Origin: an uncultured delta proteobacterium
GTDB lineage: Bacteria; Desulfobacterota; Desulfobacteria; Desulfobacterales; QNYZ01
Reading direction: 5' to 3'
Length of the DNA stretch: 64,000 bases
Assembly (NCBI GenBank): GCA_963845145.1
Contig: CAWJQU010000005.1
Span: 704,001 to 768,000, forward strand
Part shown: one piece after another, positions 28,702 to 39,433 of the stretch
How positions within the stretch are numbered: the stretch's first letter is position 1
How the letters are laid out: the number at the start of each line of letters is the position of its first letter
The notes under the pieces: model-generated
The model's input: the letters and a program-made list of their open reading frames with translations, nothing else
Database searches by the model: none
Told to the model about the DNA's origin: nothing
Program-made: the position numbers and the translations under genes

Positions 28702-30198
28702 TTATGAATGCCAAAGGTAAATAGCGGCATAAGCCCGCCAGGGGCGCCAATTTTCCGCCCTTGCGAGGACTTGCTTTTCAGTTGGCCGGCGATCGCCCCG
28801 GCAAAGCGCTTTGATGATGCCAAGGTCAGACGCCGGAAAAGCGTCGGGTTCTCCCAAGGCACGCATGGCAATATAATTCGCGGTCCATCGACCGATTCCG
28901 GGGAGGTCCGTCAACCGTTTAATGAATTCATCCTGGGATCTGCCCACGGATAAAGACAAGTCTCCTTGCATAACAGCTTGCGACAGTGTCTTGAGGGTCT
29001 TTAACCGGGCGCCGGGCATACCGCCACGACCCAATTCACACGCCCAAAGCTCCCGGGCAGTAGGGAAAAGATGGGTAAGACCCGATGGACTACCGGCTTG
29101 ATTCCCCGAACGATCCGCACGATCGAAGGCGGGCCCGGCCTTGGCCACGATTCGTCCAATGACGGTGCGGGCGCCTTTAACCGAAACCTGTTGGCCCACG
29201 ATTGCCCGAACGGCAACCTCAAACGGATCCCAGGCCCCCGGCAGCCTCAGGCCGGGCTTACGGTGAATGATGGTCTCGAGTAAAGGATCGGCAGCAAGCA
29301 CATCATGGATGGCCGCCATATTGGCATCCAGATCGAACATACTGCGCACGCGCTGGACCACACACATCAGGTCACGGCTGTCAGGAAGAGAGACCGTCAG
29401 CCGCAGGGCCCGGTTTTTTTTTGCATGCGCCACGGCAATACGACCGACCGCATTATTGATTCGAATCGTGCGATGATAGCTGCCGTCGGCAACCACTTCA
29501 ACGCCCGGAATTCCACGTGCTTCAAAAAACCGCAACAACCGTTCCCAATCAAACGGTGGCCGATAGGTCAGGTTTAATGTACACTGAAACTGCGGTGCTC
29601 GATTATGACCGGGTGTTAAAGTTGGACGGCGAAAAGCGGAGGGTGTTTGTCCACAGCACTTTTTAAAAGCGGCATTGAACCGTCGCACGCTGCCAAATCC
29701 GGATGCGAATGCGATTTGTGTAATCGATAGTGTGGTCTCATTGAGAAGTTGCTTCGCAAATAACACTTTTTCCGTCGTGGCCAAGGCTTTGGGCGACGCG
29801 CCAAGGTGGGCTTGGAACAACCGCCGCAAGTGACGACTGCCGACACCAAGCTTTCGGGCCAGCCCTTCAAGGTTCCCTTCATTTAAAGCACCTTGTCGAA
29901 TCAAAAGCATTGCCCGTGACACAGTAGCCGATGTCCCGTTCCAGGCCGGACTGCCCGGGGACACTTCCGGCCGACACCGCAAGCAAGGTCGCAACCCCGC
30001 TTGCGCCGCCGCTGCCGCTGTTGGAAAGTAAACGATGTTTTCAGGTTTGGCCGCAGGCGCCGGGCAAATGGGACGGCAATAAATACCGGTGCTCAGGACG
30101 CCGATAAAAAACAATCCGTCAAACCGCGGGTCTCTGGCCTGTCTCGCCCTTTCGCAAATACGCTGGTCGCAAATACGCTGATCATGGATCATTTTCAC
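28702..30198 (-). CDS. alkA: Ada-AlkA fusion (Ada Zn-binding, AraC HTH, AlkA N-terminal, HhH-GPD glycosylase)
   Basis: TGIYCRPICP, RPCLRCRP, SGFGSVRRFN, LPGIGRWTA..DAFP and WRPWRAYA motifs. Confidence 0.93.
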   Translation of the reverse strand: MKMIHDQRICDQRICERARQARDPRFDGLFFIGVLSTGIYCRPICPAPAAKPENIVYFPTAAAAAQAGLRPCLRCRPEVSPGSPAWNGTSATVSRAMLLIRQGALNEGNLEGLARKLGVGSRHLRRLFQAHLGASPKALATTEKVLFAKQLLNETTLSITQIAFASGFGSVRRFNAAFKKCCGQTPSAFRRPTLTPGHNRAPQFQCTLNLTYRPPFDWERLLRFFEARGIPGVEVVADGSYHRTIRINNAVGRIAVAHAKKNRALRLTVSLPDSRDLMCVVQRVRSMFDLDANMAAIHDVLAADPLLETIIHRKPGLRLPGAWDPFEVAVRAIVGQQVSVKGARTVIGRIVAKAGPAFDRADRSGNQAGSPSGLTHLFPTARELWACELGRGGMPGARLKTLKTLSQAVMQGDLSLSVGRSQDEFIKRLTDLPGIGRWTANYIAMRALGEPDAFPASDLGIIKALCRGDRRPTEKQVLARAENWRPWRAYAAIYLWHS

Positions 30199-30421
30199 GC
30201 CCTTTTAAGACATAGGGTTTCATAGCAGACGCTATTATCGACAATCGTCGGAATATTTATCCCTCTGATCTAAAACCAGAACCGTATATTGATGTGTAGA
30301 AAGGATTTAGGCAAGACGTTTTCGGACATGGTTGAAGTTTATAAAGAAAATAGCGACAGCCTTCGGCGGAGGGGTTGATTGAAGGAAAATCGGAAATGAT
30401 GTTTTGGTTAGTTTAAAATCG

Positions 30422-31228
30422 CTAGATTTCCATTAGCAACTTTGTTTTTTGTTCATCATATTGTTCTGATGTGATGATATTTTCATGCAATATCTTTTTA
30501 AGAAATTGAAATTGTTCTTCCACGGAAGTTATTCCCGCCATTAAATCTTCGATGCTACCCTGTTCCAACAGCATCGTTTTAGTCGTTTTTCCTTCTTCTT
30601 TAGTGATCAGTTTTTTTACCAGCAATTCAGATAAAAAATTGAATTGATCCAACAGCTTTTCATTCTTGTTTTTTGCCGTGGATTCACAGAGGCTGTTTAA
30701 AATATTGGCTTTATTTTCCACATAATCTTGCTCGGCAATCAATTTTTGATTTAAAAGGGTTTTTAACTTTTCAAACTTTTTCATTAAATTGGTAAGATTG
30801 TGCTTCATCCCCTCGGGTGTTGCCGTAGCCTTGGATTGTTCAATTTTTCCTATAAAATCTCCGATTTGCTTATCCTCTTCCAAAATATGATTAACCAGCC
30901 AGTCGGTAAGAAATGTGATCAATTTTTGCGGTTCAAGCGCCTGGCCTTTTTTTAATCCGATAAGCACGCCCGTCACTTCCTTAATAAGTGTTTTATGAAG
31001 TTTTTTGTGTTGCGCAAGGCCGGGAAACCCGGAACTCACCATCAGATCTTCTTCTGCTGCGAAATGTTTTTTGGTGTAGTCAACCAGAAACTTCAGCATA
31101 TTTCCAAGCTCTTTGCCCTCCTGGTCTGTGGCAAGAGATGTTTCCAGGCGGGTAACCATATCGGCAAGCTGTCGGTGTTGCGAATCGACTTCATCCACAC
31201 CTATATTATAGGCATCTTTCCATTCCAT
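30422..31228 (-). CDS. Bacteriohemerythrin with C-terminal SHOCT-like repeats
   Basis: IGVDEVDSQH, HF..EE.LM, H...H and WL..HI..ED iron ligands; three L..L....LI...E.....K..LL repeats. Confidence 0.88.
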   Translation of the reverse strand: MEWKDAYNIGVDEVDSQHRQLADMVTRLETSLATDQEGKELGNMLKFLVDYTKKHFAAEEDLMVSSGFPGLAQHKKLHKTLIKEVTGVLIGLKKGQALEPQKLITFLTDWLVNHILEEDKQIGDFIGKIEQSKATATPEGMKHNLTNLMKKFEKLKTLLNQKLIAEQDYVENKANILNSLCESTAKNKNEKLLDQFNFLSELLVKKLITKEEGKTTKTMLLEQGSIEDLMAGITSVEEQFQFLKKILHENIITSEQYDEQKTKLLMEI

Positions 31229-31443
31229 GATTAGCTTCCTAGATTTAATTTTAATCAAAACCCCGGTAAAAAATCTTTTTTAAAATAGTAGCTTACCCAA
31301 TTATCCGTATACTGTCAAATTTACAAAGTCTATAAAATGGTGCCGCACAAAATATAACGAGCGCCAAGGACAGCGTGGTTGACAATGATGAGATTTTTTT
31401 GATAAACGCGTTTAACAAAAAAACATGTTTAGCGGAGATTGAA

Positions 31444-32082
31444 ATGAATCGACGTCAAGTCGTTAAAGCTGAAACGCGGAAACTAATATTGGATGCCGCC
31501 AAAAAAATATTGGTGAAAAATAGTGCGTTCACCATGCGAGAAGTGGCTGCCGAGGCGGGTGTGTCGCCGGCATCGGTTGTGGTCCATTTTAATAGCAAAA
31601 CCAGGTTACTCGAAGCCGCGCTTTATGAAGATATCGAGCATACCATTCTTAAAACCATCGCCTCTATGCCCGAAGATCGCCCCCTGCTTGATCGATTGAT
31701 GCACATATGGGGCAGTATGTTTCGTTTTTACGACACCAATCGAAATTTATATCGGGAATTGCTTCGCCGCACGACTTTTGAGCTGGATAGTGAAAGCCCC
31801 CATATGAAAGAACAGATGGACCGATTTTTAGGGTTCTTGGACCTAGTGATACGGGATGAACAGGCAAAAGGAAGCATTGAAACAGCGCTCGAATCGATGA
31901 TGGTGGCGGAGTCCCTGGGGGCATTTTATTTCGGCATGCTCATTCGGTTTTTTAAAAATCCTCAAATGACGCCTCAGGCGGCCATAGAATATCTGACAAA
32001 AATAACGCATCAATATCTTGGCGGGATTCAACCGCGCCCCAAAAGGGAGGATAAAAGTGTCTCCGATCTACAGGAAAATTGA
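31444..32082 (+). CDS. TetR-family transcriptional regulator
   Basis: ILDAAK...TMREVAAEAGVS....HFNSK HTH; ATG 31444 after GGAG. Confidence 0.92.
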   Translation: MNRRQVVKAETRKLILDAAKKILVKNSAFTMREVAAEAGVSPASVVVHFNSKTRLLEAALYEDIEHTILKTIASMPEDRPLLDRLMHIWGSMFRFYDTNRNLYRELLRRTTFELDSESPHMKEQMDRFLGFLDLVIRDEQAKGSIETALESMMVAESLGAFYFGMLIRFFKNPQMTPQAAIEYLTKITHQYLGGIQPRPKREDKSVSDLQEN

Positions 32083-34471
32083 AATTTATTTCGAAAAGCT
32101 TACCGCCGGGGTCTACCAGTGGAAGTGGGCCGCCATGGCGGTCATGGTATCAATCACGGTCGCGCTTGCCGTCCAAATTCCCAATATTCGTATTGATACG
32201 CGTGATGAAAGTTTTTTCCATGATGACGATCCCGCCTTGATCGCCTACAACGATTTTCGAGACAGGTTCGGCCAGGACGATTTGTTTATTATCGCATTGA
32301 AACCGGAAAAGGGTATGACCCCCAGATTTTTCGCCACCCTGCACGAATTGTTTTATGACCTAAAAGCGTCTGTCCCGTATCTCGATGACATAAATGCGCT
32401 TGTAAACGGCCGGATTGTCCGCGCGGATGGGGATACCCTGCGGGTTGAAGCGTTAATGGAAACACCACCACAATCGGAGATAGAGATTAAACAGCTGATG
32501 TCTCTGATGAATCGCTATCCCATGTTTGAAAATTTACTTATTTCCAAAGACCGTTCCCTAACGTCTATTTTGATTCGCGCTCAGGCGACCTTGGAAACAG
32601 GGGAGGCCGATATTCTAGCGGGATTTGAAGAGACAACGGAACCCGCCACCCATTCGTATCAAAAATATCTGAGCAATGCTCAGAATGTGGAAATTGCCGA
32701 TGCCATATATAAGGTAACTGAAAAATATGGGGATCGCGGTATTGCGTTTTACTATAGCGGTACCCCCGTATTCGTTGCTGAGTTTCAAAAGGCCCTGGAG
32801 AAGGACCTGGGCAGGATGATCCCGCTCTCTTTTCTCATCATTATTTTGTTTCTTGCGATTCTTTTTCGAAGGATATCAGGGGTTGTCTATCCGGTGATTG
32901 TCGTGATTTTGTCGCTTCTCTCCTGCCTGGGAATCATGGCCATGGCGGATATTGCCATTACCAACGTTATTCAAATCTTACCCATCTTTCTAGTTGTCGT
33001 GGGGATTGGGGATAGTGTTCATATTTTAACGCTGTTTTATCGCAACCTCAATAAAGGAGAAGCTAAAAAAGAAGCGATTATTCAGGCGGTTGGCACCGCC
33101 GGGTTACCGGTCTTGATGACCAGTGTGACAACCGCTCTGGGGCTTCTCTCTTTTGCTTGGGCGGATATCGCCGCCATTGCGCAACTGGGATATATCGCCC
33201 CGGTGGGGGTCATGCTGGCATTTCTTTATACCATTATTTTGCTACCGTCTTTAATTGCCATTTTTCCCAACAAACTGAAGGCCAGCGCCAACGGGAAAAA
33301 ACAACCGATCACGGACCGTCTTTTCAATGCCATCACCCTGTTGAGCACAGGCCGCCCCGTATCGGTTGCGATAGTCTCCACCATCATCCTGTTGCTCGCA
33401 GGGTATGGCGCCATGTCCATTCGTATATCGCACAATGCCATGACCTGGTTTCCCGAAAAAGCACCTTTCCGGTCAGCTACGGAAATGCTTAACCGTGTAA
33501 ATGGTGGAACGATTATGCTGGAAGTTCTTGTGGATACGGGAAAGGAGAACGGACTGCAAAATCCGGATTTTTTAAAACGTCTGGACGAGGCTGTGGGTTT
33601 TATACCTTCGATCAGGGAAAATGGTATTTCAGCGGGCAAAGCATGGGCCATTACCGATATACTTAAGGAGACCAACCGCGCGTTGAATGAGGACAAGGAT
33701 ACTGCGTATACCCTGCCGGATTCACGACGTCTCGTCGCCCAGGAGATGCTGTTGTTTGAGTCTTCCGGAAGCGATGATTTAAACGATGTCACGGATAGCA
33801 ACTATCAGACCGGTCGGCTGTCGATTCTCGCCCCTTTTGCCGATTCGATGCTATACGTAGACTATGTGGCCAGAGTAAAAACCTATCTCAACCAATTATT
33901 TCCCAATGAGAAGATAAAGCTCACCGGCCACATGTCTCTGTTTGTGAAGATAACGAAGAATTTCATTTTGAGTTTGGTGAAAAGCTACACCTTTGCCCTC
34001 ATTGTGATCACAGTGCTCATGGTCATCATGATTGGAAGGTTGAGGATCGGCCTCATGAGCATGATCGCCAATGTGGGGCCCATCGTTTGTATCTTTGGCA
34101 TCATGGGGGCACTGGATATTCCTCTGGACATGGCCACGATTTTAATCGGATCAATCGTGCTGGGGCTGGTGGTGGACGATACCATCCACTTTCTCCACCA
34201 TTTCAGGACCGCATTCGAAAAGACGGGGTGTGTGGAATCCGCCGTGAGGGAAACCCTCCACACCACCGGCAGGGCATTGCTGATCACCAGCCTGGTGCTA
34301 TGTGGCGGTTTTTTTATCTATACCACTTCTTATCTCGTCAACAATGCTCGGTTTGGACTGCTGGTGGGATGCGCGGTCATCCTTGCCTTAATCGCTGATT
34401 TTCTACTGATACCCGCCCTGTTGAGTTTGGCTTACGGCAAACAGCAACAGCCGGCGACCCAATCAGCGTAA
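32057..34471 (+). CDS. MMPL/RND-family transporter
   Basis: Two repeats of periplasmic plus TM domains with GIGDSVH and GLVVDDTIH; GTG 32057 after GGAGG, overlapping the tetR end. Confidence 0.92.
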   Translation: MSPIYRKIEIYFEKLTAGVYQWKWAAMAVMVSITVALAVQIPNIRIDTRDESFFHDDDPALIAYNDFRDRFGQDDLFIIALKPEKGMTPRFFATLHELFYDLKASVPYLDDINALVNGRIVRADGDTLRVEALMETPPQSEIEIKQLMSLMNRYPMFENLLISKDRSLTSILIRAQATLETGEADILAGFEETTEPATHSYQKYLSNAQNVEIADAIYKVTEKYGDRGIAFYYSGTPVFVAEFQKALEKDLGRMIPLSFLIIILFLAILFRRISGVVYPVIVVILSLLSCLGIMAMADIAITNVIQILPIFLVVVGIGDSVHILTLFYRNLNKGEAKKEAIIQAVGTAGLPVLMTSVTTALGLLSFAWADIAAIAQLGYIAPVGVMLAFLYTIILLPSLIAIFPNKLKASANGKKQPITDRLFNAITLLSTGRPVSVAIVSTIILLLAGYGAMSIRISHNAMTWFPEKAPFRSATEMLNRVNGGTIMLEVLVDTGKENGLQNPDFLKRLDEAVGFIPSIRENGISAGKAWAITDILKETNRALNEDKDTAYTLPDSRRLVAQEMLLFESSGSDDLNDVTDSNYQTGRLSILAPFADSMLYVDYVARVKTYLNQLFPNEKIKLTGHMSLFVKITKNFILSLVKSYTFALIVITVLMVIMIGRLRIGLMSMIANVGPIVCIFGIMGALDIPLDMATILIGSIVLGLVVDDTIHFLHHFRTAFEKTGCVESAVRETLHTTGRALLITSLVLCGGFFIYTTSYLVNNARFGLLVGCAVILALIADFLLIPALLSLAYGKQQQPATQSA

Positions 34472-34636
34472 AAAACAAAGAGCTTATTTTAACCCATTAT
34501 TGGCAAACGGCAGCGAAAGCCACACCGCCATGATCACCGGAATTATCAAGTCCAAAATTATTAAATTTGAATCCTGTTTGGATTCTGATAGAAACCGGTG
34601 ATCGGCAACCATGCTCAAAACCATACAAAACAGAAA

Positions 34637-34843
34637 TCAGCCCCCTGCCGCCGTAGACCCCTCGCCGACTAAGGGCTTAAACATCTTTTTGGTGGCACCA
34701 CAGATCGGGCATTTCCAATCATCGGGCAATTCTTCAAACTTGGTACCCTTGGGAATTTTACCCTTTCGGTCACCCTTGTCGGGGTTGTACATATAGCCGC
34801 AATTGGTGGATTGACACTGCCAAATATCTTCCGGATTAGCCAT
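34637..34843 (-). CDS. Rubredoxin
   Basis: [12 protein letters not shown]...[23 protein letters not shown]. Confidence 0.95.
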   Translation of the reverse strand: MANPEDIWQCQSTNCGYMYNPDKGDRKGKIPKGTKFEELPDDWKCPICGATKKMFKPLVGEGSTAAGG

Positions 34844-34948
34844 TCACTGCTCCTTCATTTAGGTAATATTGATAAAAAACAAACGGGCCATTTAAAAACG
34901 TCCATTGGAAACCCTTATCCGTTAATACACAATAAACGGGGTCGGCAA

Positions 34949-35407
34949 CTATTGTTTACAATCTCCAAGACGTGTCCCACTCAGCTTCTGGGTCATCGCC
35001 ATCCCCTGCACGCTCATCTCAAGGGTGCCGTTAAAGGTGTCTCCTGAGTAGACAATCTCACCCACGGCCTCGGCTTTGCCTTGCTCGGTATTACACTCCA
35101 TTCGCCAGGTCGCCGTATCACCGGTAAACTTTTGATCCACCATTTTGCAATCCTGGTTCGGCTGTGAACTGTCAGGCACGGCGTTTTCTTTGGTAATGCA
35201 CTGGGTATTGGTTATGGCCGGCATTTGCATGGGCATCCCCGCCATTTCAATTTTGACAGTGACCTCCCACAATCCATATTTGATATTTGGTTCCGAGCCG
35301 GCAAACGCCATTGAAAAAGCCACCGCCAGGATCATGCTAATAACACCCCAGCCCACTATCAATGAGTTCATTTTAATCCGCATGATTATTCTCCCCATGT
35401 TTGTCAT
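34949..35407 (-). CDS. Secreted DUF3617-like protein
   Basis: Signal peptide, GLWEVT, QCIT and terminal GTRLGDC; start codon uncertain. Confidence 0.8.
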   Translation of the reverse strand: MTNMGRIIMRIKMNSLIVGWGVISMILAVAFSMAFAGSEPNIKYGLWEVTVKIEMAGMPMQMPAITNTQCITKENAVPDSSQPNQDCKMVDQKFTGDTATWRMECNTEQGKAEAVGEIVYSGDTFNGTLEMSVQGMAMTQKLSGTRLGDCKQ

Positions 35408-35413
35408 CCCTAT

Positions 35414-35439
35414 TTATTCTAACGGGTTATTCTAACGGG
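35414..35439. repeat. Two-copy 13-bp tandem repeat
   Basis: TTATTCTAACGGG twice. Confidence 0.7.
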
Positions 35440-35514
35440 TTACCCTCACTGGCTTGGCTGGAGTATTTCAAGCGATCCCATCGCTGTCAAGTCTGGAGAA
35501 TAATCAAATGAAGA

Positions 35515-35964
35515 TCAGCCATGGTCTTTGATACCAATATAGACGGCAGCCGTATCTGTACCGATATACGCTTCAAAATCACATATATATGATCTCTCAG
35601 GGGCATCATCATCTTGAAAATATTGCCAGATATCCTGCCACATCCGTTGTACGGTTTCAGGAAGCGGGCCGCTTTTTTCAAATCGAAGATAGGTGCCTGA
35701 GGGAACCGTTATTTCTGTTTTTTCTTCGGCGTTAAATTCGCCCTTAACACCGGCGGTGACATCGAATGCCCCATGCCAATCAGAAGCAAAATTAGAATAT
35801 ACACCATACCCCTGACCCGGGACAATACCGACTTGTTCGCATTTTGTAAAAAATTCCTGCCACAAATGACCGATTTTGGCCTTTTCCGGAATCATCTCGT
35901 CAGCATTGGTTGTTCTAACGGATATACCCTGGACTGAGAAACTTTCAACATTTACCCTTTTCAT
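35515..35964 (-). CDS. GyrI-like small-molecule effector-binding protein
   Basis: GISVRTTN..E...KIG.LW, YGVYSNF, WQDIW and DFEAY; ATG 35964 after AAGGAG. Confidence 0.88.
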   Translation of the reverse strand: MKRVNVESFSVQGISVRTTNADEMIPEKAKIGHLWQEFFTKCEQVGIVPGQGYGVYSNFASDWHGAFDVTAGVKGEFNAEEKTEITVPSGTYLRFEKSGPLPETVQRMWQDIWQYFQDDDAPERSYICDFEAYIGTDTAAVYIGIKDHG

Positions 35965-36039
35965 GATGGTCACTCCTTCGTGTTTACGTGATGATGAGGA
36001 CTCATTCCCCAACGATCACAACACTCTAAACCAGGCCTG

Positions 36040-36055
36040 TGACACCATTATGTCA
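36040..36055. promoter_or_regulatory. Putative WYL-regulator operator
   Basis: TGACA-N6-TGTCA palindrome overlapping the WYL gene stop codon, upstream of the GyrI-like gene. Confidence 0.6.
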
Positions 36056-36989
36056 GGTTGCTATATATTTTTTTTATTTCTTTACTTTTTTTATAAATTG
36101 CCTTGCGCCATCTTAGGGGAGAAACCACCTCCACCTCGCTACCAAAACTTAACAAAAACGAGAGTACCCATTTATCCTCGGGAATTGAAATCGTGGCGAT
36201 CATCGTACCATCAGGCTTCGTTTGTAACTGATCTTCGTTAAAAATCTCTTCAACCCGTATTTTTACTTTTTTCTTAAATTTCAGCACCAGATCCACGGAA
36301 GGCCGATGCTCTTGTTTGCCCACAAGAGCAATCGGGTCGACCTTGCGCCGTAAAAATCGCTCTGATTCATCGCGATAGTTGCGAATTCTCGAGAGGCGAA
36401 ATAACCTAAAATCATCACGAAGCCTGCAAAAAGCGAGCAAGTACCAATTAAACCCCTTGTAAATGAGGGTGTGCGGCTCAACCGTCCGCCGGCTTTCTTC
36501 ACCATCCGCGCTGGTGTAATCAAACACAATAAGAACTGAGCGGCTCACGGCAGCATGGATAAACTGCATGGTCTGCACATGCCTGCCGCCCATACTCCAG
36601 CCCGAGATATCAATAATAAATGAGTCGGAATGTTTTCGGTATAAGGCCTCTTTGTCATCAGGGATGAGTGCAACAATTTTTTCTATCACCCGATCGATGT
36701 CATCGTTATTAAGGGTCCTGTTCACCCCTTTCAATGTCGTGAGGATTGAAACCATATCATCGAAAGTCAATAATTGCCGGCTTAGTTTATAATTATCAGG
36801 GATACACAAACCACCTTCGTACCCTTGATAGGATATAACAGGGATGCCGGCGCCGTTGAGCGCCTGAATATCACGATAAATCGTCCTCACCGACACCTCA
36901 AACTTTTCAGCAAGTTCCCTTGCCGCGACACGCCTTCGGTTTAAAAGTAATACGGTTATGGCAAGCAACCTCTCTATTTTCATATCCAT
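36048..36989 (-). CDS. YafY-family HTH-WYL transcriptional regulator
   Basis: ELAEKFEVSVRTIYRDI HTH; RTVEP..WYLLAFC.LR.DFR.FRLSRI; C-terminal SFGSEVEVVSP. Confidence 0.95.
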   Translation of the reverse strand: MDMKIERLLAITVLLLNRRRVAARELAEKFEVSVRTIYRDIQALNGAGIPVISYQGYEGGLCIPDNYKLSRQLLTFDDMVSILTTLKGVNRTLNNDDIDRVIEKIVALIPDDKEALYRKHSDSFIIDISGWSMGGRHVQTMQFIHAAVSRSVLIVFDYTSADGEESRRTVEPHTLIYKGFNWYLLAFCRLRDDFRLFRLSRIRNYRDESERFLRRKVDPIALVGKQEHRPSVDLVLKFKKKVKIRVEEIFNEDQLQTKPDGTMIATISIPEDKWVLSFLLSFGSEVEVVSPLRWRKAIYKKSKEIKKIYSNLT

Positions 36990-37207
36990 ACCCTTTGAGT
37001 CATGATTCGCATAAACGACTTGTTATCCGCGCAACATATCCTCGAAAACCTTTAACCCGCAAAGCCAAGGCATGGCAGCTATGGTGGGATAGGTACAACC
37101 AATGCACACCACACACGGCACATCACCACACTTTGGATCATCGGATTAGTAAAAGACGTTGCTTGATAATGGATGAAAGGGGCGACAGAGCAATCTTGCA
37201 AGGAATG

Positions 37208-37247
37208 AAAAAACAGGCCGCCTGGCATCAAATTAAGCGGCCTGTTT
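37208..37247 (-). terminator. Rho-independent terminator of adk
   Basis: AAACAGGCCGC...GCGGCCTGTTT stem followed by a T-run on the minus strand. Confidence 0.75.
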
Positions 37248-37271
37248 AGTGTTATCTACAGGTGAAAATGG

Positions 37272-37943
<672 letters not shown>

Positions 37944-37995
37944 CTACTTATAAAGTTATTGATATCGCTAAAATATGGTTAAAATTTGGCTTCTT

Positions 37996-38760
37996 CTATT
38001 TTTTATCATTCGACATGATTTTTTGGATCTCTGCCATCCTTGATTTAATGGCTGTATTGAGATCCGAAAGGGTTTTATTCTCGTTTTCCAGGGTTTCCAC
38101 TTTCCGGGCGAGCTCGGCGGCCTCGCCCAATTTCGCACGCAATTCGGCTATCTCCTTTTCGAGGGCCGCTTTCTGCCCGGTCAGGTTATCGTTGGCCGTT
38201 TCCATCGCCTTAACACTCTCTGCCAATCCTTCGTTGGTTTTGATTTTTTTCCTCAGTTTGGCAATTTCTTCTTCATAAACGGCCTTTTTTTCGAATAAAG
38301 ACTTATTCTTCGCTTCCAACCCGGCCATTTTTTTTGTCACCGTCAGCGCTTCTTTGGATTTAAGCGCGGCGATTTCAGCCACCAGCGCTTCTTTTTCTTG
38401 CACCAAAGTCTCATTCTCAGCCGTTAACAGATCAACGGACCCATCGCTGGTTTCAACCGGTGTGTCGTCGCCCGCTACCTCAACCTTACTCGTCAGGTCT
38501 TTTAGCTTGGCAGTCAGTTTGGCGTTTTTTTGCTCCATGTCGCCAACGTATCGGCTGGCTTCTTTTAGAAGCGATTTATAATCCGGCGGATCATCCCCGT
38601 CACCGCCGCAACCCGACAGGCCGGCCCCCATAAATAATGCAATCAACAATACAACCCCAACTGATATAAATCTGGCTGATATAAATTTGGCCGATATAAA
38701 TCCGACCGACAGAAATCCAATTGGGTTTCGGTCATATCGTTTTTGTGGATCTATCATCAT
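37996..38760 (-). CDS. Coiled-coil lipoprotein, unknown function
   Basis: Hydrophobic signal ending in lipobox LSG-C, then a long heptad-repeat region; start uncertain. Confidence 0.7.
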   Translation of the reverse strand: MMIDPQKRYDRNPIGFLSVGFISAKFISARFISVGVVLLIALFMGAGLSGCGGDGDDPPDYKSLLKEASRYVGDMEQKNAKLTAKLKDLTSKVEVAGDDTPVETSDGSVDLLTAENETLVQEKEALVAEIAALKSKEALTVTKKMAGLEAKNKSLFEKKAVYEEEIAKLRKKIKTNEGLAESVKAMETANDNLTGQKAALEKEIAELRAKLGEAAELARKVETLENENKTLSDLNTAIKSRMAEIQKIMSNDKK

Positions 38761-38887
38761 TTTGCGCCCCCCTTTTTCACCCGAAATTTTTATGTTAACT
38801 CGCCTGTAATCATATCGCCCGCATTCTTTTTCAGCCACGCTATACCACTACCAAACGATCAGGAAGGTCGTGGACTAAACACCGCGA

Positions 38888-39247
38888 TTAGACATAGAAT
38901 TGTTGTTTTCGAGTCACCGTTGATTTAACAGCGTTTAAGGTTTCGGTCAAGGCGGCAATCACGTGCTCACGAATATCACCGGCCACCACCAGGTACATCA
39001 CCTCGTCACCCACGGATAAATCCCGGTCCTCGTCAATTTCCACTAAAATCTCCACGATTCCGGGCAGTTGCTTATTCTTGGAAACCACCGCCTCCAATTT
39101 TTCATGATCCACGGAAATCCGTATTCCGGAAACGCCGCGACCATCCCGGTCGGTGCCGCGAACAATGCCGCAATGACAAAGGATCATCCCCATTTGGTCG
39201 GCGTCGGGGCGTTGCTTAATTTGTTGAATCATTTTTTCAAGGTTCAT
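38888..39247 (-). CDS. moaE: Molybdopterin synthase catalytic subunit-like (short MoaE)
   Basis: GMILCHCGIVRGT..LSVGD..VAGDIRE; next to mobA. Confidence 0.8.
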   Translation of the reverse strand: MNLEKMIQQIKQRPDADQMGMILCHCGIVRGTDRDGRGVSGIRISVDHEKLEAVVSKNKQLPGIVEILVEIDEDRDLSVGDEVMYLVVAGDIREHVIAALTETLNAVKSTVTRKQQFYV

Positions 39248-39275
39248 ATTACCCTCATTTATTCAAGATTATGGT

Positions 39276-39433
39276 TGATGAAATCGTAAAAAACATCAAA
39301 AGGGATGGCAAAGTATAAAGGTCAAGTTCAAGGCGTCGCGAATCCCGTGTGATGAGGCGTACTTATCGTACGCCGCAATCACGACGGGATGAAGCGCAAC
39401 GCAGTCCGCCACAGGCGGATTACGAAGCCATCA
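39276..39433. mobile_element. MITE/REP-like palindromic element (~158 bp)
   Basis: Terminal inverted repeats TGATGAAATCGTAA / TTACGAAGCCATCA; nested internal hairpins ATCCCGTGTGAT..GGCGTAC-ttatc-GTACGCC..ATCACGACGGGAT. Confidence 0.7.

Noticed and set aside
28689..28871. Long N-terminus of ogt in the ORF track
   Set aside because: It overlaps the alkA 3' end; the RBS-supported start is at 28688.
30154..30184. 15-bp in-frame duplication (DQRIC twice) at the Ada-AlkA N-terminus, and similar FISA repeats near 38660-38705
   Set aside because: Short in-frame slippage in non-conserved termini with no evident functional consequence.
34500..34545. GGCAAAC..GAAA motif suggestive of a c-di-GMP-I riboswitch
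   Set aside because: The P2 stem and the downstream GACGCAAA/P3 elements do not form, and it lies between convergent gene ends.
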